Shown piece by piece: positions 38,388 through 49,200 of a stretch of DNA of 64,000 bases. A program made the position numbers and the translations under genes. The DNA comes from Anaerolineales bacterium. Its GTDB lineage: Bacteria; Chloroflexota; Anaerolineae; Anaerolineales; E44-bin32. Where the stretch lies: assembly GCA_034430425.1 (NCBI GenBank), contig DAOUEK010000007.1:1090-65089 (forward strand), written 5' to 3'. Numbering within the stretch: position 1 is the stretch's first letter; the number at the start of each line of letters is the position of its first letter. Under the pieces are notes generated by a model that worked only from the letters and a program-made list of their open reading frames with translations, was not told where the DNA came from and did no database searches.

Positions 38388-39467
38388 ATGAGGAAATTAC
38401 ACTGGCTCTTGGCCGCGCTGCTGGTTTTCAGCCTAATACTGACTGCCTGCGGCAAAGCCGAAACCCCCACCGATGAAGGTGTCGCAGAAGAACCATCAGA
38501 TGTCACCGTTGATGAACCTGGTGACACCGAGGGTCCTGCACCCGCGGCGGATGACAAGTGGTGCTCAGGCACAAATATCATCTTCTTCCCCGGCGGTTCC
38601 CCAGGTGGCCCCTTCGCCACCGTTGTGTACAATGGCGCCCTTCAAGCCGAAGATGACTTGGGCCCGAATGTCGAATATGTCTGGTCCGACTGGAATCCCG
38701 AGAACATGATTACCCAGTTCTCAGAAGCCGTCGCCACAGCGCCCGATGGCATCGCCATTATGGGGCATCCAGGTGATGATGCATTCGCCCCGTTGGTCGA
38801 AGAAGCTGAAGCACAGGGCATCGTCGTCACCAGCATGAACACCCAGCTGGCCAATCTACAAGCGATGTACGCTTCCAACGGCTTTGGCTATGTCGGCGCC
38901 ATCCTGTATGACGCCGGGTATGCACTCGGTTCAGAGGCGGTTAACCGCTTCGGTCTGGTAGCAGGCGACCAGGCGTTCGTCTGGGGCCTCCTGGCACAAG
39001 CCGGGCGCGGTGAACGCACACAGGGTGTAGTTGATGCACTCGAAGACGCCGGCCTGGAAGTCATCTATCAGGAGATCGATGACGCCACCAACGCCGACGC
39101 CGCGGCTGGCGTCCCCACCTTCACGGGTATCATGTCCGCCAATCCAGGTATCAAGCTGGTCGTCACCGACCACGGTGCGCTGACAGCTACCCTGGAGACG
39201 TATCTGACGAGCGCCGGCCTTGGCCCGGATGATGTCTACGCCATTGGCTTCGACCTCTCCTCCGCCACGGTGGAAGCCGTACGCGGTGGTTGGACCGACC
39301 TGGTGATCGATCAGCAGCAGTGGCTGCAGGGTTACATGGCTGTGCTGCAAATCTGCCTGACCCACAACTACGCATTCACTGGCCTGCAAATTGACACCGG
39401 CGCCGGCTTCCTGCACGCCGGAAACGTCGATCTGTTGGCCGCTTTGGTCGAAGAGCAGATTCGCTGA
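38388..39467 (+). CDS. Sugar ABC transporter substrate-binding lipoprotein
   Basis: Lipobox LILTACG, acidic linker, periplasmic binding protein type 1 features (GFDLS, IDQQQWLQGY). Confidence 0.9.
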   Translation: MRKLHWLLAALLVFSLILTACGKAETPTDEGVAEEPSDVTVDEPGDTEGPAPAADDKWCSGTNIIFFPGGSPGGPFATVVYNGALQAEDDLGPNVEYVWSDWNPENMITQFSEAVATAPDGIAIMGHPGDDAFAPLVEEAEAQGIVVTSMNTQLANLQAMYASNGFGYVGAILYDAGYALGSEAVNRFGLVAGDQAFVWGLLAQAGRGERTQGVVDALEDAGLEVIYQEIDDATNADAAAGVPTFTGIMSANPGIKLVVTDHGALTATLETYLTSAGLGPDDVYAIGFDLSSATVEAVRGGWTDLVIDQQQWLQGYMAVLQICLTHNYAFTGLQIDTGAGFLHAGNVDLLAALVEEQIR

Positions 39468-39481
39468 TCCAATGCATTGGC

Positions 39482-39523
39482 GTCGCAGACGTATAAAAAC
39501 CGGTCATCAAACGAGTCTGCGAC
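39482..39523 (+). terminator. Stem-loop after the substrate-binding gene (GTCGCAGAC-N24-GTCTGCGAC); attenuating or mRNA-stabilising
   Basis: Perfect 9-bp arms just after the stop; no clear U-tract. Confidence 0.45.
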
Positions 39524-39774
39524 CATAAATCATGAGGACTAGATGACTGCAACAAATAGAGACAGATCAAAATCCCATCATTGCTTTAACACAGTCATCT
39601 AGTCCCCACCAGTATAATATGACTTACACAATCGTGGTTCATCACTTTCTCACACCTAGACGCAAGGGCGGCAAATCCACAAACCCCTCGGATACGCTTT
39701 ACGCCCTGGCGTCTCTATGTGAGTGAAAGCACTCTTACTCGCTGAGCGTGAAACCATTGACGGGAGATGATTTT

Positions 39775-40530
39775 ATGGACTATCGCCTGGAATTGAATAA
39801 TGTTTCGAAGTCATTTGGAAAAGTGAAAGCGCTGCAAGATATTAATTTTCAACTCGGACAAAACGAAGTTGTCGGCTTGCTGGGAGATAACGGTGCCGGA
39901 AAATCAACCATGATCAAGATCATGACCGGTTACTTTCGACCGACAGCTGGGCAAGTTCTCTTCGGCGGCCAGCGGATTGACAATCTAACTGTCCCCAGAG
40001 CCCGTCAAATGGGGGTGGAAACTGTTTACCAGGAACGTGCCCTGGCTGAATTGCAAACTCTCTGGCGCAATATTTTCTTGGGACGCGAGCTAAATAACCG
40101 GTGGGGCTTTCTCGATGTCAAGAAAATGAAGGCGGAAACCCATCGCCTGATGACGCAGTCGATGGGATTTACATCGACAGCTATAACTCCCAATTCAAAA
40201 GTTGGGAAGTTCTCGGGCGGCGAACGACAGGGCGTCGCCATCGTACGTGCACTTTACTTTGACGCAGATATTATCGTACTCGACGAACCCACAATGGGCC
40301 TCTCACTTAAAGAAACCGAAAAATTGCTAAGTTTCGTGCGTGATATCAAAGCGGCTGGTAAATCTGCCGTTTTTATCGACCACAATATTTACCACGTCTA
40401 CTCAGTCTCCGATCGGATTGTGGTTGTTGACCGCGGCAAAATCGCGGGCGAGTTCTTAACCAAAGACATCACCCTGGAAACCCTGATGGAAAAAATGATC
40501 CATGTTGCCGAAACGGGCACTTTGGACTAG
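39775..40530 (+). CDS. Sugar ABC transporter ATP-binding protein (single domain)
   Basis: GDNGAGKST, FSGGERQ, LDEPT. Confidence 0.93.
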   Translation: MDYRLELNNVSKSFGKVKALQDINFQLGQNEVVGLLGDNGAGKSTMIKIMTGYFRPTAGQVLFGGQRIDNLTVPRARQMGVETVYQERALAELQTLWRNIFLGRELNNRWGFLDVKKMKAETHRLMTQSMGFTSTAITPNSKVGKFSGGERQGVAIVRALYFDADIIVLDEPTMGLSLKETEKLLSFVRDIKAAGKSAVFIDHNIYHVYSVSDRIVVVDRGKIAGEFLTKDITLETLMEKMIHVAETGTLD

Positions 40531-40556
40531 CCACTTTCATACAAAAGGATTAAGCA

Positions 40557-41576
40557 ATGACCTCGAAAACGAATGAAATTTCCGTAGATGCCGGCCGGGC
40601 CTACAAGGAAAGCTTCAATTTTGTGAACTTTGTGCGGTCCTATGGCACCCAACTCGGTATCGTGGGCGTTTTCTTCGGCATGTGGATCTTCTTTATCGTT
40701 ATGGCACCGAACACCTTTCTCTCACCCAATATCTATTATTCCTTCATGTCTACCATCCCCTTTTTCGCCATGATGGCCATGCCCCTTACCGTCCTTGTGA
40801 TTGCAGGGGAGATGGATTTGTCCTTCCCTTCCATCATGGCTATGGGCACGGTGACTTTTCTGCTGACCTACAATGAAGTCCAGAATGTTTGGCTGGCATT
40901 TGCCGCAGCGCTCGTGACCGGCTTGTTCATCGGCTGGCTAAATGGGATTATCGTGGTCAAGTTTGGCATCCCTTCCCTGGTGGCTACGATTGGCACCCAA
41001 TTCTTCTGGCGGGGTGCAGTGTTGGTCCTCTCTGAGGGACACAGCGGGACCCTGGTTTACACCAAAGAAACCTTCCTACGTCCACTACTGGTCGGTAAAA
41101 TCGGTAACGTTTTCCCCATGCAGATGCTGTGGCTAATCATCATTACTGTCGGATCCTGGGTGTTGCTCAACCGGCATCGTTTTGGAGCGCACATCTACCT
41201 GATCGGGGATAACGCCAACAGTGCCGAGTTGATGGGTGTAAACACCGGACGCGTGCGCATACAGGGTTTTATGCTCGTTGGTTTGATCGCAGCCTTCGCC
41301 GGCATCGTCGCCAGCCTACACGTGACCTACTTCTGGCCCAGCCAGGGTGAGGGGTACTTACTGAAAACATTGGCATCGATCTTCCTCGGCGGCACATCCG
41401 TATTCGGCGGTGTCGGGACGATCCTGGGCACCTTCGTCGGCGCTTTCATGATCGGCGCCATCGAGGCCGCCACAGTCGCCATCGGCTGGACCGGGTTCCT
41501 AACCCAATTGATCTACGGCTTAATCATTGTGCTGTCGGTCATCATGCACACCTATCTCGGCAAGCGTTTGGGGTAG
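40557..41576 (+). CDS. Sugar ABC transporter permease (RbsC family)
   Basis: GEMDLS, GIPSLVATIG, GDNANSAELMGV, FLGGTSVFGG.GT. Confidence 0.93.
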   Translation: MTSKTNEISVDAGRAYKESFNFVNFVRSYGTQLGIVGVFFGMWIFFIVMAPNTFLSPNIYYSFMSTIPFFAMMAMPLTVLVIAGEMDLSFPSIMAMGTVTFLLTYNEVQNVWLAFAAALVTGLFIGWLNGIIVVKFGIPSLVATIGTQFFWRGAVLVLSEGHSGTLVYTKETFLRPLLVGKIGNVFPMQMLWLIIITVGSWVLLNRHRFGAHIYLIGDNANSAELMGVNTGRVRIQGFMLVGLIAAFAGIVASLHVTYFWPSQGEGYLLKTLASIFLGGTSVFGGVGTILGTFVGAFMIGAIEAATVAIGWTGFLTQLIYGLIIVLSVIMHTYLGKRLG

Positions 41577-41662
41577 CGTAGATACAACCTGGCTTATTCA
41601 ATTTAACTATCGCGGATGACTCTTCCCACACCGTTTAGCCAAACGAATTTTCTTCTGGTGCG

Positions 41663-42853
41663 ATGATGCAACGACAACAACGCAGGGAATTACTCGAAAA
41701 CGAATTCGAAAAACGATACAAGGCAGCCCCCAGCAAATGGGTTCGTGCTCCCGGACGCGTGGACTTAATCGGCAGCCACACGGATTACAATCAAGGCTTT
41801 GTCCTCATTCAAGCCATCGATCGAGACATCTGGATCGCCGCTGCCCCTCGCAGTGATGGCATCGTGCGAATTTCCTCGCTCAACGCAGAAGGGATGCGGG
41901 AATTCAAACTAGCTGAGATTTCCTTCGACACTGATATGACCTGGACGAATTACGTTCGAGGCGTAGCACACATTCTTCAACTAGAGGGGTATGCGCTGAC
42001 GGGATTCGATGGCTTGATTCACAGCACGATTCCCTTCGGCAGCGGTTTGAGTTCCTCCGCCGCGCTGGAAGTATCCACGGCGGTGCTTTTTAAAGAACTG
42101 GCGGATTGGTCCCTTGATCCTGTTCAACGAGCATTGCTTTGCCAGCGCGCCGAAAATGAATTCGTCGGTATGAACTGCGGCATCATGGATCAATACGCTT
42201 CCTCGGTTGGGCAAGAGGATGCCGTGCTGCTGCTCGATTGTCGTTCGATCACCAGCCAGGTAAAACCCTTTGCGCCCGGGGTACAGGTCATAGCTTGCGA
42301 CACGCGCGCCGAACGCAGTCTTGTCGATTCCGAATATCACGAACGCCGGTCGCAATGTGAACAAGGAGTCGCCGTGCTTGCGAACGTCTATCCGGAAATT
42401 CAATCCCTGCGTGACGTCAGTCTGCAGCAGATCAACGAACACAAGGCGGATTTGGATGCGGTAGTCTACAACCGCTGCCGCTTTGTGATTGAGGAGAATC
42501 AGCGTGTATTGGCGGTCGCCGAGGCAGTCTCCTGTGGAGATTATGCCCGCGCCGGACAAATGATGCTGGATTCATTCCAGGGTGCGCATGATTTGTATGA
42601 GATCGTATCCGGCGAAATGATCGCCATGAAGAATGCGATTATGTCCGCTCCGGGTGCACTCGGCACGCGCGGCGCAGGCGCCGGCTTCGGAGGCTGCCTG
42701 GTGGCTCTCGTGGAAGACGAACACGCAGAAACCTTCTCCGACCAGGTCCTCGGAACTTATAAAGAATACACCGGTATCGATGCGCGGGTTTTCCCCGTGC
42801 GAGCGGCTGCCGGCGCAGGTGTTCTCACCTTTCCAAATATTGAAATTCAGTAA
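41663..42853 (+). CDS. galK: Galactokinase
   Basis: RAPGRVDLIGSHTDYNQG, GSGLSSSAALE, CGIMDQ, GAGFGGC. Confidence 0.95.
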   Translation: MMQRQQRRELLENEFEKRYKAAPSKWVRAPGRVDLIGSHTDYNQGFVLIQAIDRDIWIAAAPRSDGIVRISSLNAEGMREFKLAEISFDTDMTWTNYVRGVAHILQLEGYALTGFDGLIHSTIPFGSGLSSSAALEVSTAVLFKELADWSLDPVQRALLCQRAENEFVGMNCGIMDQYASSVGQEDAVLLLDCRSITSQVKPFAPGVQVIACDTRAERSLVDSEYHERRSQCEQGVAVLANVYPEIQSLRDVSLQQINEHKADLDAVVYNRCRFVIEENQRVLAVAEAVSCGDYARAGQMMLDSFQGAHDLYEIVSGEMIAMKNAIMSAPGALGTRGAGAGFGGCLVALVEDEHAETFSDQVLGTYKEYTGIDARVFPVRAAAGAGVLTFPNIEIQ

Positions 42854-42868
42854 ACTGATCGATCGCCT

Positions 42869-43840
42869 TCAAGGCACAAGATCGATTTCCCAATCCGCAC
42901 TTGCCACATTAATCGTCGTGCTGTTTCCCGGCCAGTACAAGTGGCTCCAATAATTTGCGCCTCGCAGTGTGGAGGGATTGCGCCCCAGCGTAACGATTAT
43001 TCGATCGGGATTGAAATACGCAAAGTACGTATCTCGGTTGATCGGCGAACGCCCCAGTGTGGGATCCATCGACACCCAGCCAACCGCAGGGAAGTACACT
43101 TCCAGCCAGGCATGTTCGAATGGCATTTTTGCCACTTCATCCGCCTCCGGGTATCGCAAACCAGCTATATAGCGCGCTGGAATCCCCGCCGCCCGGCTGA
43201 GTGCCATCATCAGCGAGGCGAATTCACTGCAGTCCGCCCCCATGACACCAAAAGTGGCCTGCGCGCCCCAATCGTCCGCATTGGTGCTGTAGACCAGGTT
43301 TTCGGCGACATAATCATAGAAAGCACGTACCTGTTCGCATACGGTCTGCTTTCCCGCCGCCAGTTCCCGCGATAAAGATACGATTTGTGGATTGGCAGAT
43401 TCGATGTGCAGCTCAGCATGCGTGAACTCATCCGGCAGGTCGCCTTCGCACTGCGACCAGGAGTACACCACCTCGAATACCTCAACTTCTGTTTCGATGG
43501 TCACTTCGAGTGTTTCACCAGGAGCATGCTCGGAGAGCTCGAACTCCGCATACAAATTGCCATATTCGTCTGTGAGCAGCACGTAGGAGTCGGGTGAAAT
43601 CTCACGCCACTGAACCTGCTGAAAAGGCTGCAGATCGCGGATCAACGCCACCCACAGATTTTGTTTCTCGGGTTGTCCCGTTCCGATGTTTGACAGAATC
43701 AGATGCTGCCGTACGAGGTACCGCCGGGATTCCCCCAGCGAAACCCCATCGGGATTCGGACCCGCCTCCGTCGCAACGACCTTTGGAGAAGCGCAGGCAG
43801 CAAACAAACTCAACAACCCGATGTATAACACTTTTCGCAT
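42869..43840 (-). CDS. Transglutaminase-like domain lipoprotein
   Basis: Lipobox LFAAC; catalytic triad motifs GADCSEFA, HAWLEVY, MDPT. Confidence 0.88.
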   Translation of the reverse strand: MRKVLYIGLLSLFAACASPKVVATEAGPNPDGVSLGESRRYLVRQHLILSNIGTGQPEKQNLWVALIRDLQPFQQVQWREISPDSYVLLTDEYGNLYAEFELSEHAPGETLEVTIETEVEVFEVVYSWSQCEGDLPDEFTHAELHIESANPQIVSLSRELAAGKQTVCEQVRAFYDYVAENLVYSTNADDWGAQATFGVMGADCSEFASLMMALSRAAGIPARYIAGLRYPEADEVAKMPFEHAWLEVYFPAVGWVSMDPTLGRSPINRDTYFAYFNPDRIIVTLGRNPSTLRGANYWSHLYWPGNSTTINVASADWEIDLVP

Positions 43841-43891
43841 AACTTCATTATAGGAGGAATACAATTGATGTGTTACTCAATACTGATGCTT

Positions 43892-44425
43892 TCAATCTCG
43901 AAACAGCAGCTTATGTTTCAAAGGTCCGGACCAGACGTAATCGTTTCGATCGGCCTCACCGGGGCCCTTGAAATCATCGATCGGGCAGATTAAGGTTTCT
44001 TTCTCCCCGATCCGAAAGACGATTTCGTCCCTGAGCACCTTGCCTACGAACTTATAGGCAAGATCAGCTGAGTCAAATCGAAGCTCCGTGTGTGTTCCGA
44101 TTTGCACGATCACTTCCTGCCACACAAACATCATACGCACATTCCCAACCGCGGAATTTATTGGGGGGATAATGTATGGCTCATCACGTGAATGCTCAAA
44201 GTATCCCCAATATTCTTCCGGAACAAAGATCGCAAGCCGCTCAAGACCGATTCCGGGCACGAACGGAATCCCTGCGAGATTCTCATCGCTTTGGAGATCC
44301 TGGTCCTGGCTCTCCTCACCGAAAGAGAAATCGTCATCACGCTCATCCGTGGGCTGAATGGAACGCACGACGCTAATGATCAAAGTAACTGCCAAAATAA
44401 AAATAAACAGCGTAACGAAATCCAT
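43892..44425 (-). CDS. Hypothetical protein with N-terminal TM anchor
   Basis: Single hydrophobic N-terminal helix followed by an acidic linker; no family recognised. Confidence 0.65.
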   Translation of the reverse strand: MDFVTLFIFILAVTLIISVVRSIQPTDERDDDFSFGEESQDQDLQSDENLAGIPFVPGIGLERLAIFVPEEYWGYFEHSRDEPYIIPPINSAVGNVRMMFVWQEVIVQIGTHTELRFDSADLAYKFVGKVLRDEIVFRIGEKETLICPIDDFKGPGEADRNDYVWSGPLKHKLLFRD

Positions 44426-44581
44426 CTTATTTCCCAACCCATACCTTATCTTCGCCGTGCTTACACCATACAAGCGGTATTGGAGTCGTCGTCCTGAACA
44501 CAGTTACCATCAGATCATCGACGATCATCCTCATCGATTTAATGAAACATCGGGAATATGAAACTCCAGAGCTGAGATCGA

Positions 44582-45948
44582 TCAGGCCTCCGTGGTCCCT
44601 TGATCTGTCAATTCGATCCTTGGAAGCAAGCCACGCACAGCCCGCCACGAGATCGTCCCGGCGATCGCTCCCGCCACCAAACCACCGATCGCGGCCGGCC
44701 AGACGGCGAGCGCAAGCTGGCTTACCTGCGCCGACTTATCCAGCATTTCCACGTATCGTTGCGCCAGATAAAATATTACCAGCGCGGTGCTTGCTCCACC
44801 AACACTTCCAATCCACCAGCCTGTGAGATTATCTCCCACCCATCGATTGGCCTTCTCAACCCTCTCTCGCAGCACAAGCCACTGCATAACGGCCATCCCA
44901 ACGGCGAAGATAAGTCCGACCACAACACCAAAAATCACTAAAAAGAGCCGCTCCGGCTCATCGTTCTTGAGCGCCGTGCTTATCACCGATTGAACGTTCA
45001 ATAAAATCGCCAATGCCGGTGCAGAGCCGAGTGCGGTTGCCAGCAGCCACCATCTGAGTTCGATGCTATCTCGCAACACGAGCCACTGCATCGAACCCAG
45101 GACGCAACCATAGAGAACGCCACTCCAAGTCAATGCGCCCATGCTATCGATTTTCTTCATCGCCACAGCCGATGCGCCGGAGGCGATGGCGACACCAAGT
45201 GTGGTTACCAGGATCCAACTACTTTTCCTTATCTTCACGGCAGGAAGGAGCTTCTCTTTTATGGCGGTAAATTTCTCGGAGACGATACGCACTTTCACTC
45301 TGGATGTATCCACAAACTCACTGACATGCTCTGTGATTTCAGCTTGAGGTCCCGGCCGTTGTTGTCTCAAAATAATCCGTAACGTAAAACCAGAAATTAA
45401 TGCTGGGAACAACCCCAACATCATCACCAACGAAGGGATAAACGCTACATAAAGAACAATCCCCCCCAGAGGTGTTGAGCCCCACCGATATCATAGGCAA
45501 AGACTCTTTCGGTATAACCGAGGACATACACAGGAACGACAGCGCCCAGGCCCCAGCCAACTGTGTTGGCCACTACCCAGAGACCTGCTTTTCGGTAGCG
45601 CCGGAAGAGAGCTAGTGATTGAGTAGCCCCAAGCACCAAACCGGCTACGGTGTAACACCAGATCATCCCGCGCGCATCCGACTCGTAATCGCCTAACGAC
45701 AAAATCACCGACACAAGAACATAACCCCACACACTTAAAAGAAACCAGGAGCTGGGCAATCGACCCCTGAGTAGCCAGAATTGCATCAAAGTCGCGATCC
45801 CCCCAATGATGAGTGAATATGCAGTGAGTATCCAGTGCCAATGTCCTTCATAGAGCATAGGACTAAAGAGGAAAAAACTTACCACCAAATGGATCAGAAA
45901 CCATCGCCCGAATGGAAATTTCCGTGTGATATTTTTATTCTCCCTCAT
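44582..45948 (-). pseudogene. Membrane protein gene split by a frameshift in a G7 tract (ORFs 45445-45948 and 44582-45430)
   Basis: One extra G in the C7 run at 45461-45467 joins ...QHLWGG to IVLYVAFIPSLVMML..., which is open into the downstream ORF. Both halves share QWLVLR/QFWLLR..W repeat helices. Confidence 0.65.
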
Positions 45949-46014
45949 GAGTTCCCCCTCCCTTCATAGCAGCGAATTGATTTCCCCCTTTTACTGATTT
46001 AGTAAACCCATACG

Positions 46015-46030
46015 TGTAAGATTCGTTACA
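46015..46030. promoter_or_regulatory. Putative CRP/Rex-like inverted repeat TGTAA-N6-TTACA upstream of hdrL1
   Basis: TGTAAGATTCGTTACA in the AT-rich divergent intergenic region. Confidence 0.4.
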
Positions 46031-46256
46031 TATTGTCTGGACAAATTTATGGTGAAAAAAACGACGAAGACGAACCGGATGCATCACAACACAACAAGAT
46101 CAGCGAACTTACCTTCAAAATCGGACGAGGTTTATCCACTCTGCAGGTGACATCCTGCACTGCCCCACAATCCCCCCTGCTCCTATCATTATTCCATACC
46201 GAATCTCGTCGCAGAGCGCAAGAAAATCAAGCGCTCCCAGCCCACGGGAGGGGCCC

Positions 46257-49200
46257 TTGTCATCAAAGCAAAGGGCGCAGGCAGACCCCCTCGATCGGGC
46301 CCAAAACGACCCGCCCGCTCCCGTCGGAGCGGTCTTGGTCGTCGGCGGTGGCATCGCCGGCATGCAGGCCAGCCTCGATCTGGCCGACCAGGGCTACAAG
46401 GTCCACCTGGTGGAGACGAAGTCCGCCATTGGCGGACACATGGCACAACTCGATAAAACGTTCCCCACGAACGATTGCGCCATGTGCACCATCAGCCCGA
46501 AACTCGTCGACATCGGCCGCCACCTCAACATCGATCTGCGCGTCGACACCGACGTACTCAAAGTCGATGGCCAGCCCGGCGATTTCACGGTCACCCTGCG
46601 TCATAAACCTCGCTACATTGATCCCTTAAAATGCGTCGGTTGTGGTGATTGCGTCGATGTCTGCCCGGTCGTGCTGCCCGACCCGTTCAATGAATCGCTA
46701 TCCTCGCGCCGCGCGGCGCACAAGCTGTACCCACAGGGCGTTCCCAACGCATTTGCCATCTCCAAATTGGGCATCTCTCCCTGCCGCGATGCCTGCCCTG
46801 CCGGCCAGCGAGCCCAGGGTTACATCGCCCTGATCCGCGAAGGCCGCTACGATGACGCCCTGCGCGTGATCAAGGAGGACAATCCCTTCCCCGGTATATG
46901 CGGCCGCATATGCAACCACCGCTGCGAAGATGCCTGCAATCGTGGCCTGATCGACGAGCCGATTAATATCCGCGCTTTGAAACGCTTCGTGACCGATAAG
47001 GTCTACCAGAATCCTCGCCAGGTGCGCGAACCCGTCGAAATCACCCGGAAAGCAAAGGTAGCTGTGATCGGCGCCGGACCGTGCGGCCTGACCGCCGCAC
47101 AGGATCTGGCCATGCTGGGTTATCCGGTTACTGTTTTCGAGGCGCTGCCCGTCGCCGGCGGAATGCTGCGCGTCGGGGTGCCTGAGTATCGCCTGCCGAC
47201 TGAGATCATCGAACGCGAGATCGCCGACATCCTCGACCTGGGCATTGATTTGAAACTCAACACCACGGTTGAGGACATGGATGAGTTATTCGACCAGGGC
47301 TATGAGGCGGTGCTCGTCGCGGTCGGCGCCCATGAGGGGATCCGTCTGCCGATCCCGGGCGCCGACCTTGAGGGCGTTCTGATCAATACCCGCTTCCTGC
47401 GCGATGTCCGCCTGGATAACCCGCCGGCGATCGGCGATCGTGTTCTTGTACTCGGGGGCGGTAACGTGGCTATCGACTGCGCCCGTACCGCCGTACGCAT
47501 GGGCGCCGAAGTGCACATGGCATGCCTCGAGCCGCGCGACAACTTGCCCGGCCATGCCTGGGAAGCTGATGCTGCCGAAGAGGAAGGCGTGGTCATTCAT
47601 GCTGACCGCACTTTCATCCGCATCGTCGATGACGGCAGCGGGCACGCGGCCGGCGTGGAATGCGCACAGGTCGCCCACTTTGATTTCGATCATGAAGGTC
47701 GCTTATCGGTTGAGACAGTTCCCGATTCGGAGCATGTGATCGAAGCGGGCACGATCATTTTTTCCGTTGGTCAGCGCGCTGGTCTGGCTTTCATCCCCGA
47801 TGACGCCGGTGTGGGCGTCACCGCCCAACGCACTATAGCCATCAACCCCAACACCATGGCTGCCACACGACCGGGCGTTTTCGCCGCCGGTGACAGTGTC
47901 TCTGGCACAGCGTTCGTGATCGAAGCCGTGGCCTCCGGCCATCAGGCGGCCGAAAGCATCCATCGCTATTTGCGCGGCGATGAACTCGAGCCGGAGCCCA
48001 AACCCGAACTGCCGGTGGTGAAGTTCAGCCACACCGAGCTTCAGGCGCGTGTTCGCTCCGGTGAGATTAAGCCCACGGGACGGATCCCATTGCCCGAGCT
48101 TCCCGTCGAAGAGCGTAAGGGCTGCTTTGCCGAAGTCGAAGGCGGCTACAGCGACGAAGCGGCGCAAGCCGAAGCAGCTCGCTGCCTGGCCTGTGCGCTG
48201 TGCTCCGAATGTCTCTCCTGCCAGTATATCTGTGGGCGCGACGCCATCAATCACGACGAAGTAGCATCGATCGAGCAGCTGCGTGTGGGTGCGGTGATCC
48301 TGGCCCCCGGCTATGAAATCTACAACGCCGAGCTTTCAGCCGAGTACGGCCTGGGACGCTACCCCAACGTGATTACCGCCTTGCAGCTTGAGCGTTTGCT
48401 TTCTGCCTCCGGTCCTACAGCAGGGCATGTCAACCGGCCCTCCGATGGATCACCGGCGAAGAAGGTGGCTTTCCTGCAGTGCGTCGGCTCGCGCGACAAA
48501 AGTCATGACTACTGTTCCTCAGTATGCTGCATGTACGCCGCCAAAGAAGCGATCATGATCAAAGAGCACGATCCCGAAGCCGAAGTGCACGTGTTCATGA
48601 TGGACATGCGCGCCTTCAGCAAGGGATACGAAAGCTACTACCGCCGCGCCCAGCAGCAATACGACATCCAATACACCCGCTGCAGGGTCTCCGAATTCAA
48701 AGAAGACCCGGACAGCCAGGACATCGTGGTTCGATACGCGAGTCAATCTCCCACAAATGGAAACGGAGTAACTGGCTCCAAGTCGCTGACCCCTGGGTTA
48801 TTGATCAGCGAAGAACACTTCGACCTGGTCGTGCTCTCCGTCGGCATGGAAATATCCGAAAACGTGAAGGCCCTGGGTCGAGATCTCGGTATCCAGCTGG
48901 ATGAATACGGCTTTTGCCATACGGCATTCTTCAACCCATTGGAAACCACCCGCCCGGGGATCTACGCCGTCGGGCCCTTTCGCGAACCGAAGGACATCCC
49001 TGAATCGGTGGTGGACGCCAGCGGCGCCGCAGCGCGGGCTGCCGGCTTGCTCGCCTCCGCACGCCACTCGCTTACCAGCTCACCGGAATACCCACCCGAG
49101 CGAGACGTAACAGGAGAAGATGCGCGCGTAGGCGTCTTCGTCTGTCACTGCGGCTCAAACATCGGCGGTTTTCTGGACGTGCCCAGCGTAGCCGAATACG

